From: Bythopirellula sp.
GTDB taxonomy: Bacteria; Planctomycetota; Planctomycetia; Pirellulales; Lacipirellulaceae
Direction of reading: 5' to 3'
Assembly: GCA_965216565.1 (NCBI GenBank)
Contig: OZ244170.1
Coordinates: 3,008,001-3,072,000, forward strand
Length of the DNA: 64,000 nucleotides
Under the pieces are notes generated by a model, which made no database searches, was not told the origin of the DNA, and saw nothing but the letters and a program-made list of their open reading frames with translations. This document shows, piece by piece, positions 33,253-42,004 of this stretch. The position numbers and the translations under genes were made by a program. Each line of letters begins with the position of its first letter. The stretch's first letter is position 1.

Positions 33253-33330
33253 CCGCCTTGCGTTGCGTGGCAACGCGGCTAACTCTAGCTCCTGACCTTC
33301 AGCCTACAGACTCTAACCTCCAACCTCACC

Positions 33331-33954
33331 ATGATCACGAAGATCACCGGCACTCCGCTTTCGCTTTCTGGCGATACATTGACCTTGGCGGTGGGTGCCT
33401 TCGAATACGAAGTCTTTATCCCGGAATTCACACGGCGCCATTTGCAGGAAAAAATCGGCTCCGAAATCAGCCTCCATACGATCGAGTATCTGGAAGGCAA
33501 CCCCATGCAGGGCCGACTCACGCCCCGACTGATCGGGTTCTTAAGCTCTATAGAACGCGAATTCTTCGAGCTGTTCTGCCAAGTCGATGGCGTGGGAGTT
33601 CGCAAAGCACTTCGGGCCATGATTCGCCCTGTGCAAGAGGTGGCCCAAGCCATTGAGGATCAGGATGCCAAAGCCCTCAGCGGTTTACCCGGCATCGGCC
33701 CGGCAACGTCCGAGCGAATAATCGCCAAGCTGCGTCGCAAGGTGCCCAAGTTTGCGCTTCTGGTTGCCCGCGATGCTCCCCAGCATGCAAGTGTAGAACG
33801 CGATGTCATCAGCGAAGCCTACGAAGTGCTTCGCGCGTTGGGCCATAGCGAGGGCGATGCACATCGTCTTGTGGAAGACGCGCTAGCGCAGAAAAAGAAG
33901 TACAAAGACGTCGAGGCGCTATTGCAAGCCGTGTACCAACAGCGACAGTCCTAG
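33331..33954 (+). CDS. ruvA: Holliday junction branch migration protein RuvA
   Basis: MITKITG, L.GF....E.EFF....V.GVG...AL, LPGIG...SERII..LR; follows ruvC. Confidence 0.92.
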   Translation: MITKITGTPLSLSGDTLTLAVGAFEYEVFIPEFTRRHLQEKIGSEISLHTIEYLEGNPMQGRLTPRLIGFLSSIEREFFELFCQVDGVGVRKALRAMIRPVQEVAQAIEDQDAKALSGLPGIGPATSERIIAKLRRKVPKFALLVARDAPQHASVERDVISEAYEVLRALGHSEGDAHRLVEDALAQKKKYKDVEALLQAVYQQRQS

Positions 33955-33984
33955 GCGACCGATCGTGACGGCAACTGGCTAACG

Positions 33985-34704
33985 CTAGCTTTGCTCGGTG
34001 CTCTCTGGCTCGGAACCTGCCGACTGATCTCCCGCTACCTGGGCCGGTTGGCCGCTGCCACCTTTACCTAAGACGTAAGCGAGCAATGCCGATCCGCACA
34101 GCCACAGCATATCCCATTCGGACATGCTATTTTCGATCGAAGGCTTCTCGATCTTTATCACATCGGCTTGATCATCCAGATCGGAAGGTCCGCGATCGCT
34201 CACCGAAGCCTTGACGGACTCTGGCGATTCAGCAGGCTCAGTTGCTGTGTCAGCATCGTCTGCGTCAGCATCTGCGTCAGCGTCGGCTGCATCGGCATCC
34301 GAGTCGTCGGTATCAGCATCTGCTTCCTCGGAACTCGCGTCGTCAGCATCGGCATCGGCATCGTCTGTGTCAGCGTCAGCTTCAGCTTCGTCAGCATCAG
34401 AATCGGCATCATTCGCAGCTGCAACCCGCTGGGGTTGCTCTGCGCCTTCGTTGACACTCTTCATGTATTCGACGTAGCCGAACTGGGCACCCACGCAAGC
34501 GCCCAAAGCCAAAATCGCTGCCAACGCACCTCGGCCAAGGCTTTCGCCCGAGCCAGCACTAGCGCCAGAGCGAACAGCAATTCCTGTAACCAGCCCGACC
34601 AATAAGGCCATGTAGGGCCAACTTACTTGCATCTGGTGCTCAAGAGCCATCCACGCAACTGCCGCCGCTGCGGCTCCAATGATTCCAGAGATAAGCGACT
34701 TCAT
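33985..34704 (-). CDS. Membrane protein with long Asp/Ala-rich low-complexity linker
   Basis: Three N-terminal TM helices, a (DA)n acidic tract, and a C-terminal TM (DMLWLCGSALLAY). Confidence 0.72.
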   Translation of the reverse strand: MKSLISGIIGAAAAAVAWMALEHQMQVSWPYMALLVGLVTGIAVRSGASAGSGESLGRGALAAILALGACVGAQFGYVEYMKSVNEGAEQPQRVAAANDADSDADEAEADADTDDADADADDASSEEADADTDDSDADAADADADADADDADTATEPAESPESVKASVSDRGPSDLDDQADVIKIEKPSIENSMSEWDMLWLCGSALLAYVLGKGGSGQPAQVAGDQSAGSEPESTEQS

Positions 34705-35021
34705 AGAATTGCCTTAGGATTAGAGTCTTTTGAATAGCATGTTTGTCTTGGGAATGCTGCGATCGATTTCGTAGAACGACTCGCACGACTTGCATAGTAT
34801 TGAGCTTAGTTTGCTGAGGTATGTGGGGTCAAGACAAAGCCAGCCGAGAAGTCGGGAATACCCTGAAAAACTAAGTCAGCCCGGTATCGGTAAAGCTTGA
34901 CCAAACGTCTCAAAGTAACTCGACGGAATTCCCCGTAGCCCAACTTCGACTAGGATGTAACAAGTTTCAGACACGCGCTCCATCAACCTGTCGTCACTGG
35001 TCCCCTAGGAGTAAGGTCAAA

Positions 35022-35879
35022 ATGTACGACGACGAGCCAGCGGAAAACATCAGCCGCACTCGAAACAAATCAGGGGCATTGCGGCTGCTGAAGGCACTGG
35101 CGGTTACCTATCTACTAATCTGTTTGCTCATGATGTTTCTGGAAAGATTCCTGGTCTACCATCCTCCACCGGCGCGCAACGAATCTGCGGAGATTGAGGC
35201 CCTGGGTGGCGAGGAAGCTTGGTTTACTGCCAAAGATGGTACAAACCTCCACGGCTGGTACTTCGCTCACCCTAGTCCGCAGCGCGCCATCCTCTATGCC
35301 ACGGGCAACGGCGAAGATGCCGGCCGCAACGCTGAGTACATGGCGTTCTTACGCGACCATCTGCAAGCGTCGATGTTTGTGTTCGATTACCGGGGCTACG
35401 GATTAAGCAAAGGCCAACCTCACGAGTCGGGGCTGATTCTCGATGGCATAGCCGCGCAGGACTGGCTCGCCGAAGAAGAAGGAATCGGCACTGAAGAAAT
35501 TGTGCTCTTCGGGCGCTCCCTGGGCGGCGGCGTGATGGTGGCTGTGGCCGAGAAGCAAGGTGCGCAAGGGCTCATCATCCACAGTTCATTTGCCAACATG
35601 GTCGACGTCGGAGCTTCCCACTATCCCTGGTTGCCGGTGCGATGGCTGATGAAGAACAGATTCGAGTCTGAAGATCGCATCAAAAAATACACGGGGCCTT
35701 TGCTGCAAATCCACGGCACGGCCGATGGGATCGTGCCGCTGCATATGGCCAAACCTCTTTTCGATGCCGCACCGACGGATGAGAAACAGTTTATCGAAGT
35801 TCTCGATGGCACTCACAACGAAGCCCTCACCGAAGAGGCGCTCAACCAAATCGCAGACTTCTTGAAGCGAGTGTCTTAG
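35022..35879 (+). CDS. Alpha/beta hydrolase (ABHD13/Bem46-like)
   Basis: DG..LHGW, FDYRGYG.S.G, GRSLGG, IHG.AD, H catalytic triad. Confidence 0.9.
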   Translation: MYDDEPAENISRTRNKSGALRLLKALAVTYLLICLLMMFLERFLVYHPPPARNESAEIEALGGEEAWFTAKDGTNLHGWYFAHPSPQRAILYATGNGEDAGRNAEYMAFLRDHLQASMFVFDYRGYGLSKGQPHESGLILDGIAAQDWLAEEEGIGTEEIVLFGRSLGGGVMVAVAEKQGAQGLIIHSSFANMVDVGASHYPWLPVRWLMKNRFESEDRIKKYTGPLLQIHGTADGIVPLHMAKPLFDAAPTDEKQFIEVLDGTHNEALTEEALNQIADFLKRVS

Positions 35880-35903
35880 CGGCTCTGTGTCATCCGGAAT
35901 GCA

Positions 35904-37019
35904 TTAAACCGTTACCATCGTCTCGGGCATCTCGCGCAAGAACAGATAAACCATGACCACCAAGCCGATTGCTTCGGGAACTAGCTTATCCAGTGCAGGG
36001 CTCCAGCCTAGTTGGCTACTGAGATAAACGAACGTAGCCGCGGTGAGCACCGAGACGCCAAACAGGAATGTCGCAGAAAGGCTCACGACATCCTTGCCGG
36101 TCCCGCGCAGGTCGCGTAGTTCACGAAAAAACTGATACACGACCAAGGCAAAGATGATCGTGGTACAGATGGAATATTCTGCCAGCGCCGGCACTGCGAT
36201 AAAGGCGTCGTACAGCCCGTGGGCGATTACCGCCAGTCCGAACGTGGCCAGTGCATGGGGCCCCCAACCACTGGGGTTACGCAGGCCCCGATAACAGGCC
36301 AACCCGACTAGCCCTGTCAATGACATATGCATGGGGTTAGCCGTCAAGAAGCGACCCAGCGCATCGGAACCGGCTGATCTCGAAAAGTTGATGCTGTTTT
36401 CCTCCAGTGCAAAACCCAAGCCAACGCACGCTGAGACAATTAACGCAACAATCTCGCAACGCATTCGCACAAGAAGAGGCATGAGAGGAAGCAAACAGAG
36501 GAGCTTCGCTAACTCTTCGCGCAAGCCAACTCCAGCGATGTAGTGCCGCAGCCCACCGACCAACGACGAGCTGTCTTTCAAACCCCATCGAAACTCTTGC
36601 CAGTAAATAAAAAAGAACGTGGGCCAGACACTCAATACGCCTAGCGCTACGCCGGCCAGTGCAAGCCATGTCCGAGAGCCGAGCCAACTCTGCGGTCGCA
36701 TCACTTGCCAAAGAAACGCCAACCAGCAACAGCCGGTGATCGCCGCAAGTGCCAGGGGGCCTGTCTTGCCGACTGTTTCCCACAATCTGGACGGAATCTT
36801 CCACCACAGCTCCTGCCATTGCCCGGCTGATGCCATTTCATCGAGTGCGTCCCAGGGGTTGGCTGTGTCCTCAACTTTCGCCATCTCCGACCCTCGCTCC
36901 ACCGGCGAACCCTGGACGACATAGCCGATCACAACCCCGAGGCCGATAATGATCAACACCATCCGCCAGAGGAATGCCGGTTGGCGGGATTTTGTCTCGA
37001 GCTTTCGTTTCCAATTCAT
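35904..37019 (-). CDS. PrsW family intramembrane glutamic protease
   Basis: REELAK, GLGFALEEN, R.LTA...H, HGLYD motifs; ATG at 37019. Confidence 0.85.
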   Translation of the reverse strand: MNWKRKLETKSRQPAFLWRMVLIIIGLGVVIGYVVQGSPVERGSEMAKVEDTANPWDALDEMASAGQWQELWWKIPSRLWETVGKTGPLALAAITGCCWLAFLWQVMRPQSWLGSRTWLALAGVALGVLSVWPTFFFIYWQEFRWGLKDSSSLVGGLRHYIAGVGLREELAKLLCLLPLMPLLVRMRCEIVALIVSACVGLGFALEENSINFSRSAGSDALGRFLTANPMHMSLTGLVGLACYRGLRNPSGWGPHALATFGLAVIAHGLYDAFIAVPALAEYSICTTIIFALVVYQFFRELRDLRGTGKDVVSLSATFLFGVSVLTAATFVYLSSQLGWSPALDKLVPEAIGLVVMVYLFLREMPETMVTV

Positions 37020-37286
37020 AGCAGCAACTGCCTGAGATCGTTTTGCTTTGCGGAATAGCAGTAGTGTAGCAAGGCCCGGCCAACAGATTGAGGCTTCGTG
37101 CCTAGAGACATCCGCCGGGGGATATTTCTCGGTTTCCGCCCTCCAGCAGAATCTGATATAGTGTGCGGCATTGGAGTACATCCGTTCAGATTCAGGCTGG
37201 AGACTTCGAGGCGGGGAGGCCTTGAGGAGAGTCAGCCCCCCCGAACCCCACAAAGCCTACAGCCTCAAAGCCTCCAGCCTAAAAAA

Positions 37287-38384
37287 ATGTCCCGCGAACC
37301 CATACTCTCCACCGACGACGTGCAGGCGAAGGCAGCTACCGAGCAAGCCGCGTCGCTGAGCTTGGAAGAGGATCAAGCGCTGCGTCCGCAACGCATGGAG
37401 GAGATGGTTGGCCAACGGGAAGTTTACGAACGGTTGAAGATCGCTGTCGACGCCGCCCAAATTCGCGAAGAACCTCTGGGACATGTTCTGCTCGATGGGC
37501 CACCGGGTCTTGGCAAAACAACATTCGCCACTTGCATTCCACGAGCCCTCAACGTGCCGTTGCAGATTGCCAGCGGGGCTGCGTTGGCCGCTCCCAAAGA
37601 CTTGCTGCCCTACCTCAGCAATGCCGAGGGCGGTTCGGTTCTATTTATCGACGAGATTCATCGTCTGCCCAAGGCCGTCGAAGAATTTATGTACCCGGCA
37701 ATGGAAGATTTTCGCATCGACATTACGCTTGGCGAAGGAGTCAGCGCGCGAACGATCAATATGAAGCTGCAGCCGTTCACCATGATCGGCGCCACCACCC
37801 GCAGCGGTTTACTCTCCGCCCCTTTACGCGATCGCTTTCAAGTCCGGGAGCATTTGGAATTCTATTCGCACGACGAACTTACTGAGATCGTCCGCCGCAA
37901 TGCCAAGAAACTACGGATAGCCATCGACGACGATGCAGCGCTCAAGATTGCTCATTGCAGTCGCGGCACGCCCCGGGTGGCGAACAATCGGTTGCGGTGG
38001 GTCCGCGACTATGCCACCAGTCGAGCCGATGGCGAGATCACCTTGGCCGTTGCCAACGAAGCACTCGGCATGCTGGGCGTCGACCAACTCGGCCTCGACG
38101 GCCAGGACCGTAAGTACCTGGAGACCATCCTCCGCGTATTCCACGGCGGACCCGTGGGCGTGGAAGCGGTTGCCCATACACTTAATACGGCGACCGACAC
38201 GCTGACCGACGAAGTGGAGCCTTTCCTCTTGCGAGCAGAACTTGTGATCCGCACGCCGCGTGGTCGCAAACTCACGACTGCCGGCTATCACCACCTGGGA
38301 GCCGAACCTCCGGAACGTCCCGGTGGCCCTCATTTCAATGCGGACTCTCAGCCAGAGTCTTCGGACCAGCCGCTGTTTGAGTAG
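37287..38384 (+). CDS. ruvB: Holliday junction branch migration helicase RuvB
   Basis: LRPQ....VGQ, GPPGLGKTT, FIDEIHRL, GATTRSG, SRGTPR.ANN, RTPRGR; ATG at 37287. Confidence 0.96.
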   Translation: MSREPILSTDDVQAKAATEQAASLSLEEDQALRPQRMEEMVGQREVYERLKIAVDAAQIREEPLGHVLLDGPPGLGKTTFATCIPRALNVPLQIASGAALAAPKDLLPYLSNAEGGSVLFIDEIHRLPKAVEEFMYPAMEDFRIDITLGEGVSARTINMKLQPFTMIGATTRSGLLSAPLRDRFQVREHLEFYSHDELTEIVRRNAKKLRIAIDDDAALKIAHCSRGTPRVANNRLRWVRDYATSRADGEITLAVANEALGMLGVDQLGLDGQDRKYLETILRVFHGGPVGVEAVAHTLNTATDTLTDEVEPFLLRAELVIRTPRGRKLTTAGYHHLGAEPPERPGGPHFNADSQPESSDQPLFE

Positions 38385-39063
38385 GCGAGTCCCTCTGCCA
38401 AAGCCACACAAACACCGGCGCTAGGGCTAAGGCCGCCCATTGGTAGCCGGTGAGCCCGAACCAGAGCTCTACCTCGGGGCGAATGAATTCCGTCAGAAAT
38501 CGGTAGCACAGATAGGCCAAGATGTAGAGCTTAATTAGCTGGCCGCGAAACTGACCGCGCGAACGCAGCCAGGCAAGCACCAGCGCGGCAGTCAAATGAA
38601 ACGCTGTTTCGTAGAGCTGCGTTGGATGCCGGGGCTGCGAGTCGATTGCCGGAAAAACGATACCCCAGGGCAATTGGGTCGGCGTGCCATAGCAGCAACC
38701 ACCGACGAAGCAGGCCAGTCGGCCGATGCCTACTGCGACCGCTACCGGCACGGCGAACGAGTCGCCCGTCTTCACATGAATCCCCAGCGACCACTTGGCC
38801 ACTTCTACGCCAAAGTATCCGCCCACCAAACCACACAGAATCGTTTTGCCGTCGGAAAACCAAGCCATGCCGCTGAGCATGCCTTCCCAGTCGGCCAGCA
38901 CAAAAGGCAACTTAGCTCCCAGCATCGCTCCACAAAAGGCACCGAGCCCCACGCCCAGTTTCTCGCTCTTAGAGAGTGGCAGCGTCTGCTGCGAGCCACG
39001 GCTCAAATACACCCCCGCCCCAACGGCCAGCATCATGATCAATGTGTAGTAAGGAGTAAGCAT
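38335..39063 (-). CDS. Lgt-family (prolipoprotein diacylglyceryl transferase-like) protein, variant type
   Basis: IGRLACFVGGCCYG.PT.LPWG, RHPTQLYE, RF..EFIR; short, and lacks the canonical HGG/GNF..GE blocks. Confidence 0.85.
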   Translation of the reverse strand: MLTPYYTLIMMLAVGAGVYLSRGSQQTLPLSKSEKLGVGLGAFCGAMLGAKLPFVLADWEGMLSGMAWFSDGKTILCGLVGGYFGVEVAKWSLGIHVKTGDSFAVPVAVAVGIGRLACFVGGCCYGTPTQLPWGIVFPAIDSQPRHPTQLYETAFHLTAALVLAWLRSRGQFRGQLIKLYILAYLCYRFLTEFIRPEVELWFGLTGYQWAALALAPVFVWLWQRDSPTQTAAGPKTLAESPH

Positions 39064-39068
39064 GGCAA

Positions 39069-40610
39069 TTAACTCATCGAAATCGCGGCCTGCTGCTTAG
39101 CCCCATCCACCAACGGAGGCAAAGGCACGTGCCCCTCGCGGTACAACACGTTGTAGGCAGAAAACGGAATCACATGCCCGCTCGGCAACACGTGATGGAC
39201 GCACGACTTCATCAACTGACGAACATCGAAGTTGTAGGCATCCATGAATGAGGTGGTGGTCACCCGGAACACATCCTCGGGGTCCAAGTCTTCGGCCATG
39301 GCCCGACGGAAGAAGTCTTCGCCAATGGCCAGCGACCGCTCGTCCGGAGGGGCGGAAGGCGAGCTTGCTCCAAGTCCCCCTCCCCGGGATGCGCCAGAGG
39401 CGGCTTCTTGGTCATTCGGATTATCCTTAACACCATCGATCTGCACCAGTTGCCCGTCACCACCACAACTGCCATCCGCACAGCAGGAGATCCGCGAAAG
39501 ATACTTGCTTACCAACACACTCGCCCGCTGCCGGTTAAAAGTAATCCGCCCCGCAAGCAGATCGAGATGGTTGGCCAAATCGACAAACCGGGCCAGCGGC
39601 AGAAAATCCTCGCCGCTGCGATACGCGTACGCCAGCGAATGACCATTGGGATGCGCACAAGGCAGCGGTGAGAAATCTGATTCCTGCCAGTAGCTAGGAG
39701 ATTGCTCGACTAGGTGGTGGAACACATCGGGAAACGTCACCCTTCGTTCCAATTCTGCGGGCAACACATATCGGCCCACATAAGTAGCCGGCTGGAAACT
39801 AACGCCCGTCACCCAAGGCCGACGCACGCCGAAATCGACGATCGGCCCAATCTGACCTTCATTCACCCCAGCCTGCAGTGTGCAAACCAGCGTCGTCCGC
39901 AGCCCCGCTTCGCCCAGCTTTTCGATCGCCTTCAGTTTGATCTCCAGCAACGACTCGCCGCGGAGTGCGAGCGAGCTATCTTCGTTCAGCCCATCGAACT
40001 GCAAATAGATTTCCGCGCGGTGCTTGAGCGCCGCCACTCGTTCCAGGAATTCTTGGTCGTGCGCTAGCCGGATCCCATTGGTATTGATCATCACAATGTC
40101 GATGGGCTGCGCGCAAGCGTACTCGAAGATTTCGAAAAAATTGGGATGGATCGTCGGTTCACCGCCGGAGAGTTGCAAAATCTCTGGCTGTCCCTCGACC
40201 TCCACCAGCCGATCGATCGCCCGCCGACATTCGTCCACAGTCAAATGATTCCCGCCCGGGCCGCTGGCCGCAAAGCACATGGGGCAATCGAGATTGCAGG
40301 CCGAGGTGATCTCCAACAACCCCAGACACGTGTGCTGCTCGTGTTCCGTGCAAAGCCCACAATCGAACGGGCAGCCCTGCGTTGGTTCTACACCAAACTT
40401 CTCCGGCACCTTACCTGGCAAACTATAATCGTGCCGATCGAACCACCGCGCATCGCTACAAACAAAATCCTCCCGTGGCCCATGCTCGCGGCAATGTTTA
40501 CGGAAATACACGCGCCCCTCACGCTCCACAATCTTCGCCGGCAACAACTCCAAGCACTCCGGACAGAGACTTTGTGTGGAGCCGAGGTACGTATAGTCGC
40601 GGTATTTCAT
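39069..40610 (-). CDS. Radical SAM enzyme, Tes/GDGT-MAS (MJ0619)-like
   Basis: N-terminal SLCPEC...K.C.EHG, then GCPFDCGLC.EH.QHTC, CNLDCPMC, QLSGGEPT.HP, INTNG, YLQFDG, FQP; C-terminal FMDAYNFD...KSCVH.....G.VIPF.AYN. Confidence 0.85.
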   Translation of the reverse strand: MKYRDYTYLGSTQSLCPECLELLPAKIVEREGRVYFRKHCREHGPREDFVCSDARWFDRHDYSLPGKVPEKFGVEPTQGCPFDCGLCTEHEQHTCLGLLEITSACNLDCPMCFAASGPGGNHLTVDECRRAIDRLVEVEGQPEILQLSGGEPTIHPNFFEIFEYACAQPIDIVMINTNGIRLAHDQEFLERVAALKHRAEIYLQFDGLNEDSSLALRGESLLEIKLKAIEKLGEAGLRTTLVCTLQAGVNEGQIGPIVDFGVRRPWVTGVSFQPATYVGRYVLPAELERRVTFPDVFHHLVEQSPSYWQESDFSPLPCAHPNGHSLAYAYRSGEDFLPLARFVDLANHLDLLAGRITFNRQRASVLVSKYLSRISCCADGSCGGDGQLVQIDGVKDNPNDQEAASGASRGGGLGASSPSAPPDERSLAIGEDFFRRAMAEDLDPEDVFRVTTTSFMDAYNFDVRQLMKSCVHHVLPSGHVIPFSAYNVLYREGHVPLPPLVDGAKQQAAISMS

Positions 40611-40858
40611 TCTTCGTCCTTGGGCTTTCTAAAGAATTTTTGGACTTTATTGGCTACGAACAACGCAACGACTGCACCAAGAGGAAACCCAAGAAACAAG
40701 CCGTATCCGATTGTGATTCCGGCATGATCCGCAGGGCCAGGTTTGGCAACTTCGACCGCAATTCTTGTGACCGAGTGACAGGTCGCTAAAAAAGTAATAT
40801 AAGCAGAGAATCCAGCCAGCAACCAAACTCCGATCGATTTCAGTACTTCACGATTCAT
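40607..40858 (-). CDS. Small two-TM membrane protein with AYITFLATC motif
   Basis: 83 aa; stop overlaps the rSAM ATG (ATGA coupling). Confidence 0.7.
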   Translation of the reverse strand: MNREVLKSIGVWLLAGFSAYITFLATCHSVTRIAVEVAKPGPADHAGITIGYGLFLGFPLGAVVALFVANKVQKFFRKPKDEE

Positions 40859-40892
40859 ACGGAATTCTTTCTCTGCGCTCTACGGTTATATC

Positions 40893-41459
40893 CTAACCCT
40901 TCTCCGCCCGTTTCTTCCTAAAGTGACGAATCAGAGCAAAGATAGAGAGCCCTCCAAAGGCACACATGCCGAGGCCCCAGATTAAATATTCCGTACCGCC
41001 ATGCCTGCTGTCTGTGGAAACCAGCAAAAGACATACACCGCAGAAAGTGGCAAACGCCGCCGCGCAAACCAGGACCGCAATCACCATGGCAGCCGCGAAG
41101 GAACTCGCGAACAGCCCCACCTTTTGCGCTGGCGATACCTTTTGCCCCCGCGCCTCGCTCTCGCGCACATTGCGAATCGTACGCACCAGCACCGGCACTG
41201 CCAGTATGCAGACCCAAAAGCCTAAACCAGGGCTAATCGCCACAATGCCGAATATCACCGACGCCAGGGTTAGCAGCAGCATCGTCGTTCCCAGCGAGAA
41301 TGAAAACTTATCTGGTGCTGACGCCGCCGACTCCGTGGTGACCACCGGCGCACCCAACTCCGTGGTCAAGTCTTGACCGCACAGCCAACACTTAATTTGG
41401 CCCTCTGTTAACTCACCCCAACATTGCGGGCAGACGAGCTTGGTGGATTCCGTAGCCAC
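40893..41459 (-). CDS. Zinc-ribbon (CPQC...CWLC) membrane protein with AFATFCGVC motif
   Basis: Likely GTG start at 41459 (ORF track extends to 41519); four hydrophobic helices. Confidence 0.72.
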   Translation of the reverse strand: MATESTKLVCPQCWGELTEGQIKCWLCGQDLTTELGAPVVTTESAASAPDKFSFSLGTTMLLLTLASVIFGIVAISPGLGFWVCILAVPVLVRTIRNVRESEARGQKVSPAQKVGLFASSFAAAMVIAVLVCAAAFATFCGVCLLLVSTDSRHGGTEYLIWGLGMCAFGGLSIFALIRHFRKKRAEKG

Positions 41460-41524
41460 TTGTGAATTCCTGTGAATAGTGTTTTTTTCGTACCAAGCTG
41501 CATCGATTCGATTAACCAAAACCC

Positions 41525-42004
41525 TCAGTGCACACCCTTAAGTATTTGAGCACAAACCACCAAGAAAGCGATAAACGCGCAAGCAACAACTAGGCCCAAG
41601 ACGCCAATCGTGATAACGACAGCTTTCAAGCCACCAGAAAAATCCTTGAGTAGCGTTTGACGCGAAACCGGCTTGCCTTGCAAAAAGCCAACAACGGTTC
41701 TTATCACAAGAGGTAAGAAAGCGGCTGTCCCAATCACTCCCAGTAGCGGAGTGATTCGGTAAAGCCCCCCCATGACAAGAACGGATACCAATAGTACGAC
41801 GATGTGTGTTCTGGAAACTTCCTTCTCGGTGTGCTCCAGCCTGGAAGCTGAAGATTCGATAACACGTACCGGGATCTCCGCTGAGGTTTGTTCCCTCGCT
41901 CCCTGCCCCGCTCCGCAAAGCCAGCAGTTCGCTTGGCCAGCGAGAAGCTTCGCCCCGCATTGGGGGCAGAGGGGATGGTTGGACACCACTGTGTTCTCAT
42001 TCAT
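41525..42004 (-). CDS. Zinc-ribbon (CPQC...CWLC) membrane protein with AFIAFLVVC motif, paralogue of the neighbouring gene
   Basis: 159 aa; ATG overlaps the upstream stop (ATGA). Confidence 0.72.
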   Translation of the reverse strand: MNENTVVSNHPLCPQCGAKLLAGQANCWLCGAGQGAREQTSAEIPVRVIESSASRLEHTEKEVSRTHIVVLLVSVLVMGGLYRITPLLGVIGTAAFLPLVIRTVVGFLQGKPVSRQTLLKDFSGGLKAVVITIGVLGLVVACAFIAFLVVCAQILKGVH

